64,000 nt of DNA, taken from assembly GCF_006345805.1 (NCBI RefSeq), contig NC_043014.1, forward strand, positions 54,002,001-54,066,000. Reading direction: 5' to 3'. Shown piece by piece: positions 53,242-64,000 of the stretch. Origin of the DNA: Octopus sinensis. Taxonomy: Eukaryota. A model generated the notes under the pieces. It had not been told where the DNA came from. It ran no database searches and saw only the letters and a program-made list of their open reading frames with translations. Numbering within the stretch: position 1 is the first letter of the stretch; each line of letters starts with the position of its first letter. The position numbers and the translations under genes were made by a program.

Positions 53242-53633
53242 CTGTTTGGTGAGGGAGAAAAATCAAAAACACTCTTTGATTAAGGGCAAAGAAAAACTAT
53301 CAGTGCAGGACTTGATTGCTAAACTCTTTTTTTTTGTTACTGAGTATCTTGCAGTGATGCACAACATTGAAGGAATTGGTAAACGAGGACTTTAACAAAA
53401 GAAAGAAGCTTTGTATATTTGTTCCCCCGTGTTGCACAGACAATCCCATGTCACTCTTGCCATCAAAATACAGTGAATCGATGACTGGTCTGCTGCAAAC
53501 GAGTCTTATTTTGCATAAAATGTAATTCAATATTTTAAAAATCAAGAAACCTTAACATTGCAGTGTAGAAATTGTCTTATGAACCGTAACGTGTGAAAAG
53601 CCAACCATAACATTACAAGAAAATGCTTATTAC

Positions 53634-53701
53634 CTCTTGTTCTTCAAATATCGGATGGTATCTTTCCAGAGATAATTTCTTGAGTATTCCAGATAATTCA
53701 T
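53634..53701 (-). CDS. ANKS6: ANKS6 SAM-domain exon 1 ([23 protein letters not shown])
   Basis: AG/GT boundaries, phase 1 to 0. Matches the ANKS6 motif [20 protein letters not shown]. Confidence 0.96.
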
Positions 53702-53949
53702 CTAAAGCAGCAAGGAAACCAAAATATTAGAATGTTTAAAATTCTTCAAGTTTGATATATATATATACATACACACACAAAAAAATATATATATATACAG
53801 GTTGTTTTTTATTCCTATACATACACACAAACTGATTGTGTGTGTATATATATGCTTTTGTATGTAGAAGATGCACAAGTACAATAAATGGTGAAAATGT
53901 GCAGAAAAAAAACTCCAACTGCAGTGGGGGGGGGGGGCTAAAGGTATCT

Positions 53950-54790
53950 GTTACCTAGGTGACCAAGTTAGTAGCAGAGGTGGATGATCTGAGAGCATAG
54001 CTGTCAGGATAAGAATAGGCTGGGCAAAGTTCACAGAGCTCCTACCCCTGCTGGCAACAAAGGTCTTCTCCCTCAGAGAGAAAGCAGATTGTATGATGCC
54101 TGTGTGCAAATGGTATGCTACGTGGCAGAGAAACATGGGCCATAACATCCAAGGACATGGATAGGCTTGGAAGAAATGAAGCTAGTATGCTTTGCTGGAT
54201 GTGCAATGTCAGCGTGCACACACAACAGAGTGTAAGCAGCCAGAGAGAAAAGTTAGGCATCAGATGTGGTGTGCAAGAGAGACGACTGCGCTGGTATGGT
54301 CATGTGTTGCATATGGATGAGGACTGGTGTATCGAAGTGCAGATTTCTGTGGTAGAGGCAGAAGACATGGGATGAGGTGATGAAGCATGATCTTTGAGCC
54401 TCACAAAGGCAATGACTAGTTATCGAGACCTTTGATGATATGCTGTGTTTGAGAGGACCTGTCAAGCCAAGTGCATCCATGCTGGTGGCACGTAAAGAAC
54501 ACCTTTCAAGCGTTGAGCCTCACAGTGGCAAAGTGGATGGGTTCCTTTCGAGTGTTGGGCCTCATGAAGGCAAGAACTAAGACCTTTGGCATTATGTTGC
54601 GCTTGAGAAGAAGGCCCGTGAAGCTGAGCAAAATCGCAGAGACCAATGTCACACAAATTGGCACTCATTACACTCTTGGAGTAGTTGGCATTTGGAAGGG
54701 CATCAAGCTGTAGAAAACCATGCCAAATCAGACTGGAGTCTGGTAGAGTTTCCAGCATGGATAATGGATGCTAAATGATGATGATAGATA
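53950..54790 (+). mobile_element. 5'-truncated RTE LINE in an ANKS6 intron (antisense to the gene)
   Basis: Translates to CYLGDQVSSRGG*SESIAVRIRIGWAKFTELLPLL, RLYDACV, ETWAIT and VQERRLRWYGHVLHMDED. The 3' UTR ends TAAATGATGATGA. Confidence 0.88.
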
Positions 54791-55029
54791 TATATATACA
54801 TGATTCTTTGAATCCATGTCTTGTTCCTTTCACTTTCAGAAATGCACTGAACTAACAATTTGGTCATCTGGAAAAACAAACCACACAGTTGTTGTTGTTG
54901 TTGTTTGCTTATTCTGATGTAAAATATTAAATCAAATCCACAGCCATTTCAATTTGATTCCAAGACTTTGGTCTGAATCTTAACAGACACACACAGAAGC
55001 ACATGAATATTCTTGTAGCAATTCCATAA

Positions 55030-55410
55030 TACCTGGGGTGAAGGTGTTGGTTGTGTGGTTAAGGAGTCTGTTTCCCAACCACATGGTTTGGGGTTCAGTC
55101 CCACTGTGTGACACCTTGGGCAAGTGTCTTGGGCTGACCAAAGCTTCTCCTCATGTTTATATGTCTGTACATTCGTGCCTCCTTGTCTTGACATTACATG
55201 CTAGCTGTAAACGAGTGTCACTGTCATACAAGCAGTGTCATTGGTTTCCAGTCTTCCATGGAAACATCTCCATTCTTGGGTAAATCCTTGCTTGGAGACA
55301 AGTGAAAATTGGCAAGAAGAGGAGGAGTTTGGCTGTCTGAAGAGATCTGCCTCAAGGAATTCCGTCTGACCCCCATGCTAGCATGGAAAACAACAACAAT
55401 GATGATGATG
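55030..55410 (+). mobile_element. SINE with tRNA-like head and RTE-like (GAT)n tail
   Basis: Reads GGTTGTGTGGTTAAGGAG...CCAACCACATGG...GGGTTCAGTCCCACTG...CCATGCTAGCATGGAAAAC...GATGATGATG. Confidence 0.7.
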
Positions 55411-56530
55411 AGCTTTAATTAAACAGACTAACGAAAAGAAATACCTTATCACCTGCAGCCACTCACCAAACCATCTTTTTTAGCAGCCAATTATAACCTA
55501 CAGCCATTGTCTTGCTGTGTTCTTGGCACATTTCTATCTTATCTAAATTCCAACGCTTGTCCTAAATGTTTGCAGTGGATTACATCTCATATACAGACGT
55601 GCATGTGTATATATATATATATATATATATAAACACACACACACACATGTTTAAGCCTTCTGTTTAATACGTCATCTTCTGTTGATTTTCTGCCAAGTTG
55701 ATTTATGTTCTTTCTCTGTTTGCAACCTAATTCTGTTTTGTAATCAGTAAAAAGTAAGCAGACACAGCTAATTGTGCATCTCTTATCCATTCCGTTTGGA
55801 TATTCCTGTCTCTCATCCAAGCCATGGCAGGATTCTTGCAAAAAAAAAAAACAAGAACAACAAACAAAAATAAAAACCTGCCACAAGCCATCATTCTGTT
55901 CTGCTTCTGGAATATTTCGGCTGCCGTTTCATTATCTGAGGCTAAGTCAGTGTCTTAGTTATAGTTTGCTGGGTTGAAAGTGAATCTGAGACTTAACAAC
56001 CACTGGGGTCTGTCTCTGATGCTTTCTCACAGACCAACCAATAAACTCACCCGTCAACCCTTTCGCATTCACATTATTATTCTGCCAAATGCTTTTTTTT
56101 TATTCTCATTGTGTTGTGGCTTTGAGATAACTTAATTTTTTAGAATGGCATTGTAGGGAAGGTGTGAGAGGCCAGATCCGACCAGTTTAAACATAGAATG
56201 GGGAGAATATTTTGGGGTCAGATACAGCTGGTTTAAATTACATCCTACTTTGATAAAATAGGAAAGATGCATTGGACAGTGTAGTCCTTGGTATATAAAA
56301 AGATGAGATGGTCACATCAGGATTGCTGTTGATGAAAGTCGCCTTGAGCTTAAACAACAATCTCGACCCCTCCCTCCCCACCACATCATGAAAACTCTAT
56401 TCCTGACTCTAGATCATTCCATGATACCGAACCCTCAAACAACAATTTTGTTTTCATTCCAATGGCTGCAGTCAAACCATATTAAAACACATTTCTCACA
56501 TCAAAGAATCCCAGAAACAAAATTCCTCAC

Positions 56531-56579
56531 CTTCGGATCCGATCTGTTTCTTGTCTTCACAATAAACCTCCTCTTCAGT
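56531..56579 (-). CDS. ANKS6: ANKS6 exon (TEEEVYCEDKKQIGSE)
   Basis: Strong acceptor TTTTTTTCTCTTCTATTTGCAG| and donor GTGAGG. Phase 0 to 1 bridges the flanking exons exactly. Confidence 0.8.
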
Positions 56580-57673
56580 CTGCAAATAGAAGAGAAAAAA
56601 AACGATGCACAAAATAAACGGGTTCTTTCATAGTCAGGGAACTCGTGTATCAGTTGCCTGGACCCTAAAATTATCCCCTTTAGATACAATAAATGAAACA
56701 AAGAATTCTTTCATAGGACCATGGCTTGTCCATTAACAACATTGTTTTCTTATGAATAGAGTCACATCTGAAATACTTTTCTTCCTTAAAAAACAACGTA
56801 CGATGGATGAGGATGATTATTACATTTTTTCAATAATATTGACCCCTTTTACTAAAAGCCAGTGATTTTCTCCTCTTTTTGAATGGTCATAAACCATTTC
56901 TTGTCGAGGGACAGAGGTAGAATAATATGACTCGTATATAATCCGTGGTTATTTTGTCAACAGTCAAAGAAGAAATGAAAAGCGGCTCTTGTGGAACGGA
57001 AATCCAGAATTAGGAATCAGCAGGCAAAGATACTCTTCCCCTGTCGGATCAGTTTGCAAAATCCGTGATTTAGTCTCAGGGTCACAGTTGGGAAGTTAGT
57101 CAGACGGCAAGTTTCAGCAGGATTCATGGATTTGTTTGGAGATTTAATGCTTTTATGATTTGGTCAGAGAAAAAAAGGGCAATGCCCAAAATCTGTTGAA
57201 GGGTCTCCAAGACTGATAAAAAAAAAAGGGGAATATGACAGCAAGACTGGTGGGTTGCAACTAGAAAGAAGCACCTTAAAATAACAAATTACTTTTAGGT
57301 CAGGGACCAGGTCCAAATTATTGCAACAGAATGGATTTAAAAAAAATTAATTTCTGCCAAGGGACAGATGTTGGTATTAAACTGGTCAACAACTGAAGTC
57401 CACTGTCCAAGTAAGTTCATTTGATAAGTTTTGAATAGATTCCATCCACAGGTTTTTGGTAGATGATGTCTTGCTTAAGCTGCCACTCAGCAGGATTGAA
57501 CCTGGCATCATCTAATGACAATATTCAGTTTTCAATCTGAAGTCATTAAAATTTAATTTACTACATCACATCTTGACGATAAGCAAGGTTTGTTTCTTCG
57601 TTAACAACTGAATTAGAGACAACATATCCGGTCCAGTCAGGTGGGAATCTAATTACTTCAAAGTTTAACTTAC

Positions 57674-57833
57674 CTTGCCAGGTGTTGGAGAAGCTGAAGG
57701 TGTTAAGGTAGATGTACTGTGGCCATGAGATGATCGTTGTGGGGTCATTGAGGAGCTGCCACTTGTAGAACTGTCTGGTGAGGTAGTGTTAGATGCATTG
57801 CGAAACGCCGATAAACCCATTGAAAGTTTACCA
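57674..57833 (-). CDS. ANKS6: ANKS6 Ser-rich exon (GKLSMGLSAFRNAS...STSTLTPSASPTPGK)
   Basis: Acceptor CTCCTTTTAACAG| and donor GTAAGT, phase 2 to 0. STLTPS.SP resembles the ANKS6 pre-SAM region. Confidence 0.85.
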
Positions 57834-57984
57834 CTGTTAAAAGGAGACGAGAGCAATTGGTGTGAAAAGCGAAAGATGGGGGCAATAGCAAGACTAGGTG
57901 TAAATTATGCAGAAAGGAAAAGGTCCTTGGTGTTTCATTAAGAGTGAAGGGGGATGCTAGAGGGGAACATGAAATTCTCTTTTC

Positions 57985-58350
57985 TCATCATTTAATGCTG
58001 GCATGGGTTGGATGGTTCAACAGCAGCAAATGAGTTGGAGGACAGCATCAAGTTCCAATGTCTGTTTTGGATGCCTTGTGTATACTCTTTTACTTGTTTC
58101 AGTCATTTGACTGCGGCCATGCTGGAGCACTGCCTTTAGTCGAGCAAATCGACTCCAGTACTTATTCTATCGGTCTCTTTTGCCGAACCGCTAAGTGACG
58201 GGGATGTAAACACACCAGCATCGGTTGTCAACTTTGCCTTTCATCCTTTCAGGGTCGATAAATAAAGTACCAGTGAAACACTGGGGTCGATGTAATTGAC
58301 TTGTCCCCTCCCGCAAGATTTCAGGCCTTGTTCCCATAGTAGAAAGGATT
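57985..58350. mobile_element. Cluster of RTE-tail and SINE fragments
   Basis: CATCATTTAATGCTGGCATGGGTTGG; AGTACTTATTCTATCGGTCTCTTTTGCCGAACCGCTAAG; CTTTGCCTTTCATCCTTTCAGGGTCGAT. Confidence 0.7.
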
Positions 58351-58476
58351 ATTAGGGGTGGTGGAAGCGGCGTGTTCTACTTTGGCTTCAGACCAGAAAT
58401 TCCACGCTGTTGATGTAGGATCAAATTACAGCAAGAGAGGAAAGTAATTTGAGGTGTTTAAAAAAAAAGAATTTAC

Positions 58477-58561
58477 CTGTACAAACGATGAGCTGGAGAA
58501 TAAGTTGCCGGATTGGGTCCACATTTTGCCCAGGCAAGGTTTACATCAGTTGGGGGGTACT
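58477..58561 (-). CDS. ANKS6: ANKS6 exon (EYPPTDVNLAWAKCGPNPATYSPAHRLY)
   Basis: AG/GT (GTAAAT) boundaries; open in the phase 1 to 2 frame required by its neighbours. Confidence 0.8.
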
Positions 58562-59099
58562 CTAGAAAACAAACCCCAAAAAACATAAAATAAATGTATC
58601 CTAATCATTGCTACTCATCCTCATTAACAACCTACTCTTAATGAAGTGAAATCAGTCATTGACTGTGGACATGCCCCACTGATCCTTTGATCTGTTGTCC
58701 ACTAAGCTATCAAATTGGTCATCCATAGGTTCTTAACAATCAGTCAACCTCAGAAAGCAATTTAACATCAATAAATCAACGAATGGATTATTTCAACCTC
58801 AACAAACTCCCACCACCAAATAAAACCCCAACCATAAAAATCCCATCATCCCATCAGACTGCTGTTAATTACAGTTTTGAATCTTTTTGAATCTAAAATC
58901 CATTTCTTCATCGTTTCACTTCTCACTCGGGAAACTCTCTCTTTCAAACACTAAATCAATTCATTTCATATCTCTGAACTTTTCCTTCTTCAAAAGGCTG
59001 AGCCTTACGAAGGAGATGAGAAAGGACCATGTGGCACAATGCCGCATTCATGAAGACCTGCCCACCACAACAGAATCGAGATCCTAAAACCGAGGTGTC

Positions 59100-59700
59100 A
59101 TGTACAATGCACTGGTGCTAGTGTCATCTAGGAAGGGGTTGGCATTAGGAAGGGCAACCAGGTATAGTAACTGACCATGGAACCTGGTGCAGCCTCTGGC
59201 CTTCCACAGTTCCTGCTAAGCCATCTGACCCATGCCAGCCTGGAGAACAGACATCAATTGATGATGATGATGATGATTTGTCATTGCAGACCATCACCAA
59301 GTTTCTTCAGAATATCCTCATCGTTATTCCAAAATCCTCTTTTCCATGCTTGCATGGGTCGGACGGAATTTTTGACAGCCAAATCTTGTTCCTGTTGTCA
59401 TCTCTTACTTGTTTCCAATGAAGGTAATATTTCCCTTTCACCAAACATGTTTCCACAGGAAACTGGAAAGGACCCTGCTTGTATGACAGTGACACTCATT
59501 TACAACTATCATGTGATGTGAAGACAAAGCAACATGCACCAGTATGTACATAATATATATATAGAAAGAGAGACACAAACACACATATACAGCAGTCTTC
59601 TTTCAGTTTCCATCTACCAAATTCACTCAAGACTTTGATTGGTCTATGACTACAGTGGTTGGACTGAATCCCAAACCATGAGAGGTTGGGAAGCAAAAAG
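59100..59700. mobile_element. RTE tail (plus, ~59100-59280) followed by a minus-strand SINE (~59330-59700)
   Basis: GGGTTGGCATTAGGAAGGGCA...CCCATGCCAGCCTGGAG...GATGATGATG, then TCTTCTTTCAGTTTCCATCTACCAAATTCACTCAAGACTTTG. Confidence 0.65.
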
Positions 59701-59906
59701 TCTTCATCACTTGGTCAGCCGGTGCCTCTGTTGTTTCTCTCAAGCATCCCTGGTTGTGAAACACTGAACTTGAAAACCAGGGCAGAACCAAATTGGATAT
59801 TCAACATGGAAAAAATTCATCTCTCATTGTCACTAAGGAAAAGGGTTTGAAAAACTATCCCCTGTGGAGGAAAATGATGAGAATGTTTGTCAGGTGTAGC
59901 ACTCAC

Positions 59907-60297
59907 CTGAGCTAGGAACAGCAACAGCAGAAGAAGCTGATACAGGGCTGCCAACAGGACCTTGTTCTGCACACAACCCAAGGGAACTAAATTCTCCAGC
60001 CGCCGCCGCCACACGATTAGACATTGCCACTCTTGAATATGCTGCAGCAGACGTCGGCCCAGGGACAGAAGATGCACTGGGGTTGTTTGTAAACTGGTAC
60101 GGCAAATGCTTTTTGTAACCAGGAATGATTGTAGCAGTTGTTGAACCGGTGATTCCAAGAGAAGGACTTGAAGGAAAATAGCGAGAGGCTGGGGCCATCA
60201 TGGGTGTTGATGGGTTCACTTGGTGATGCATGTTTAGGTTTCCTGTCGATCGATTGTGGAGCAGTTTGGAAGGACAAGCGACGGATCGGCCGGATCG
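59907..60297 (-). CDS. ANKS6: ANKS6 large Ser/Pro/Ala-rich exon (RSGRSVACPSKLLHNRSTGNLNMHHQVNP...VAVPSS)
   Basis: Acceptor TTTTCTGTGTTGTAG| and donor GTGAGT; 391 nt open, phase 0 to 1. Confidence 0.88.
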
Positions 60298-60472
60298 CTA
60301 CAACACAGAAAACAGCACAATTCAAAATTTCAGGAAATACAAAAGAACGGTTGAAAATATCAAATAAATTAAATGTGTGAGGGAAGGGGTCGTGTCAATC
60401 TGTTTTTAATAATTACTGGTAGACTTTGAATCAGCTTGTAGGAGTAGATTGCTGGCTGAGACTGGCATTACA

Positions 60473-60858
60473 TCTCTCTCTCTCTATATAGCTGAAGTTG
60501 TCTGTGCATGGCAGGTTTGGTAGCCTTCAACTAACACTATCACCTCTGCGGTGCAAGTTGGCCAAAATTGAGAGCATGATAAAAGAAGGCTTGTTCTTCC
60601 TTCCGTAGAAGAAAAAATTCAAATCCGACCATGTTGACACCAAAAATTATTTACATCAAAAAGGTGTTTTCTTTCTTTGAAAATCCCTATTTTTTACGAT
60701 TTTTTTACTGCCGTCTCGCCATTTTTTGGTGTATTTCAACCAGAAAAATGTTCACTTAAAGAGAATAACAAGTTACAGCATGCAAAAGTTTTACTTTTTA
60801 AAAATTCCAAAAATAAAGGGTCGAAACAAACCCGAGCAACGCCGGGCGATACTGCTAG
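60473..60858 (+). mobile_element. Non-autonomous Helitron (386 bp) in an ANKS6 intron
   Basis: 5' A|TCTCTCTCTCTCTATATAGCTG; subterminal hairpin CCCGAGCAACGCCGGG (60831-60846); 3' CTAG|T. Inserted at an A|T site with no TSD. Confidence 0.85.
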
Positions 60859-61839
60859 TTTAAAGTAAAGTTACTTTGGGATTCTATACACTCCAAGAAT
60901 GGAATCCCTGATGTTGAGAGAAATGGAACTCTTTGAAACGGTGAAGCATTTCCTTTTCTAAAAACAAACTTCGTCATCCAGACAAAAATTAGAATCTTCA
61001 AAATGAAGAACTTTGCTAATCTTGTCAAGAGTCATAAAAGTTAATCCTTGTTTTACTTTTGTTCAAGCTAATCAGACTTCATGGTTTTTATAGGATGTGA
61101 GATTTGGTTGCTATTTCCAGAAAATCAAGTAAAAACTGTGAGTCAAAGACTTGTCTACTCCAATAAAAAGGGTGAGTCAAAGACTAACGGTTGTCTTCAA
61201 AGGCAGAATAAACTTTAGCCTGAGACACACAAAAGTTAGAGAGACTCATAACAGATGACTCCTGCATCTTGTATGGTGTTCTGGCTTCACCTAAAAATAA
61301 ACAACTTACTCTTTATCCTAAGTAATCCGGCTCAATGGCAAATCCTTATTAACCACCCCTGACCCAACCACTAATCCACAGATCTGTTGACCTCCCCACT
61401 TCAACCATTTCCATGATAGTCTCTGTTTCTCAGAATCAATTGGTGATTTACCAATTTTGTCTAAGTCCATCTTTCCCATCTCCTTTCATCTTCTATATTT
61501 TCTATATTGTGTCACCTTTTTCTGGTCTTGCACCAAATGCTTCCTCCTTAGGACATAAGCCCTCTGGGACCCTTTTCCTCACCATGTTGGCCTTTTTGTT
61601 ACTTATCCCCAGATCAGTCCTGATTGAGTTCATCTATAACCAAAGATGTTCCACCTGTGTCTCACATCCTTCTTTTTTTCAAAGAGAGTAAAATGGGATT
61701 TGAGGGAATCTTGCCATTTCTTAGCAAGCCAGATGATTATTTAAAGGGTTCGTGGGTTATTTTTTTTTCCTGCCTCTTTTGTAAACCTGGAAAAAAAAAA
61801 AAAAAAAATAATAATAATAAAGGTACAGAAAACACTTAC

Positions 61840-62007
61840 TGTTGTTGAGTTCATGAGGACCGGAGAGACGGGTGCTGTCCTGCGTCCAGTACAGAGTTTA
61901 CGTGATGTGTGGTCAGTGCTGTCCAGACCAAACGTCGGTTGTGGCAGGAATGGCGGAATAACTGGTTTCAGGGTGTCACAAGAGTTGGAATGTGGGGTGC
62001 TCAGATC
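61840..62007 (-). CDS. ANKS6: ANKS6 exon (DLSTPHSNSCDTLKPVIPPFLPQPTFG...VLMNSTT)
   Basis: AG/GTAAGT boundaries, 56 codons. LK.VIPPFLP is a conserved ANKS6 motif. Confidence 0.92.
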
Positions 62008-62277
62008 CTGCAGAAACACAACAACAACAACAACAACAGCCAATCAAATTGTATTCTTCATCCATTATTTGACTCAAAGACACAATAAGTTGTCTGGGTC
62101 AAGAATTGAACCCACATCCTAATGACTGATAGCTCAACACCCTAAACTGAATACCTTCACATGTTACATACCAAATACCAGTTTAAGAAGAAAAAAGTGA
62201 TTTGCTTTACGAATACTTTTCAAATTTAATTATCACAGACAGACAGTGTTTTCATTAAAATTAATTAGTGATCTCAC

Positions 62278-62400
62278 CTGAGTACACATTGTTGCACTTC
62301 GTTTAGTTTCCTGAAGAATCATCTCGTAACTATTGAAGTCAACCATCTGTTGAGCTGGTAAAGCAGATGAGGGAGGGCCATGCTGGTCTCCCATGGCAAC
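62278..62400 (-). CDS. ANKS6: ANKS6 exon (VAMGDQHGPPSS...ETKRSATMCTQ)
   Basis: Acceptor GTGTGTTTCAG| and donor GTGAGA; 41 codons, phase 0/0. Confidence 0.82.
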
Positions 62401-62787
62401 CTGAAACACACAAACAACACTGAGACCTAGAGCCAAACGACAACAACAACACCAACAACACAACTAGTGACAACACCAGCTAAAGAGGGTGGAGACTAAA
62501 TCTGGTCATTTGACTTTTAGAAATAGCAGCTAAAACTCCTGCAACATAATGGAGGCAGGGAAGACACATTGGATAATGCAGTCCCAGATGAACTATACTT
62601 GAAACAATAAAAAAGGAGGGCAGGGATGGATTGTCTTTAAACAGGATTGGTCTGTGGCTAAACAACAACTTGAGAGGATTGAACAGACTGGAGAACATGG
62701 TGATCGAGAACGTTATGAGATGTTTAAGGGTCTTTGAGTTGACTCAATAAAAAGGTGCCTTAAATTGGAGAACCTTACATACAGAAT

Positions 62788-62975
62788 CATCATTTAACAT
62801 CTGCTTTCCATGCTGGCATGAGTTGGACAGTTTGAGTGAGGACTGGCAAGGCCAGAGAGTAGCACCAGGCTCCAACTGTCTGAATTTGGCATGGTTTTCT
62901 ATGGCTGGATGCCCTTCCTGATGCCAACCACTTTACAGAGTGTACTGGGTGCTTTTCATGTGGCACCAGTACCTG
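62788..62975 (-). mobile_element. RTE-tailed repeat copy
   Basis: Contains CATCATTTAACATCTGCTTTCCATGCTGGCATG...GGATGCCCTTCCTGATGCCAACCAC. Confidence 0.75.
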
Positions 62976-63748
62976 TGATCTCAAAAAGAAGGAGTGAAAC
63001 GGAGAGATTAGAGTATGAGAGAGGAACCGGGGTAGCCCTCTTACTTGGCCACCTCAGTCGGACAAGGAAGGAGAGTTAGAGAGAGAGAGCCTGCTCACCC
63101 TATCACTCCAGCTCTCTCTCTCTCCCATCTTCCTCTCCTTCCTGAGGGAGCCAAGTCAAGACTGATGGGTTTTGATTATCCTTAGACTGAACAATAATCT
63201 TGAAAGTTTAGAATAAAGGGAGCAATGCTAAAAGGACCCACAAACCAAGTAATGGAGTTAAACAGGCTGACAAATTAAGTGTGCCACAAAAGAACAAATA
63301 CAGTCCATTCCATGGGCTTCCATACAGTTTCCACCAACTCAGTTTTACTCATGAGGACTATGACGAAGGCTACATTGGAAGACACTTGCCCAATGTGCCA
63401 TGCAGTGGGATTGAACCCAGCGAAACGATAAGATGGAGATTTGAAAGAGAATCTCTGCCACCAGGTTTAACGATTCAGCCAGGGTGAACCTTGTTGTGGT
63501 TACTGAATCTGCTAGAAATAGCAGTCAGTTCTCACTCGGACCACATCCTCTTGTCTTAGAAAACAGAGACAAATTGGATAATGTGATCAGGTATGCAAGA
63601 GTGTGTTTTGGGGAGAAAGGCAGATGGAATGCTTTTGATTAAAGGGTCTGTGGGATTAAGAGATGACTCAGGGGATAGAGTTAATGGGGGTGGGGGTGGC
63701 AAAAAGAGGCAGAAAATAAGAGATTTTAGGTGAATTTAGACAACTTAC

Positions 63749-63853
63749 ATCCGTATCAGGCTGGAACGGTCCCGTTGCAAAGTAATGAGAGGTGCTGTAG
63801 GTGCGACCGAGTTTCAGGTTACGGAAACGGTTTGACATACGACTCCACCAGGC
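63749..63853 (-). CDS. ANKS6: ANKS6 exon (AWWSRMSNRFRNLKLGRTYSTSHYFATGPFQPDTD); gene continues beyond the window
   Basis: AG/GTAAGT boundaries. WW.RMSNRFR.LKL is the conserved ANKS6 motif following the ankyrin repeats. Confidence 0.94.
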
Positions 63854-64000
63854 CTGGGTATAAGGGAAAAAAACAAAAACAAAAAAAGGTTTTGGAATAA
63901 TAATTCCAGAGACAGGCAACATGTTGAAACTAAACTGTTGCCGAAAAAGAAAATTTTAAAAATACATAAAGGCCAAATTCTGTTCCTCACAGAAATTTAA

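Noticed and set aside
57880-57893. SLAI peptide suggesting a SLAIN-family gene
   Set aside because: Coincidental. The SAM domain and the WW.RMSNRFR and VIPPFLP motifs identify the gene as ANKS6.

Overview
Eukaryotic, repeat-rich genomic DNA, not prokaryotic. The SINE, RTE and Helitron sequences and the very large (AT)n-derived arrays resemble an octopus/coleoid cephalopod genome; this assignment is an inference from pattern recognition. Two spliced protein-coding genes converge. NOP10 (+) has two coding exons, 30228-30281 and 38671-38811, encoding 64 aa across an 8.4-kb intron. ANKS6 (-) has 11 coding exons from 63853 to 51402, encoding 447 aa including the SAM domain; its ankyrin-repeat exons lie beyond the right edge. 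The rest is repeat DNA: a 15.5-kb array of a 43-bp satellite with higher-order structure that abuts a Helitron 3' end; a ~9.6-kb purine/pyrimidine-alternating microsatellite field containing a 2.3-kb tandem duplication; Penelope-like remnants with hammerhead-ribozyme-like motifs; RTE, R4/Dong and CR1-like LINE remnants; tRNA-derived SINEs; MITEs; and two short Helitrons with both termini. Most ORFs in the supplied track are artefacts of low-complexity repeats. I found no evidence for a new multi-gene system. The best leads are the Helitron-satellite junction, the hammerhead-like motifs and several fold-back structures.
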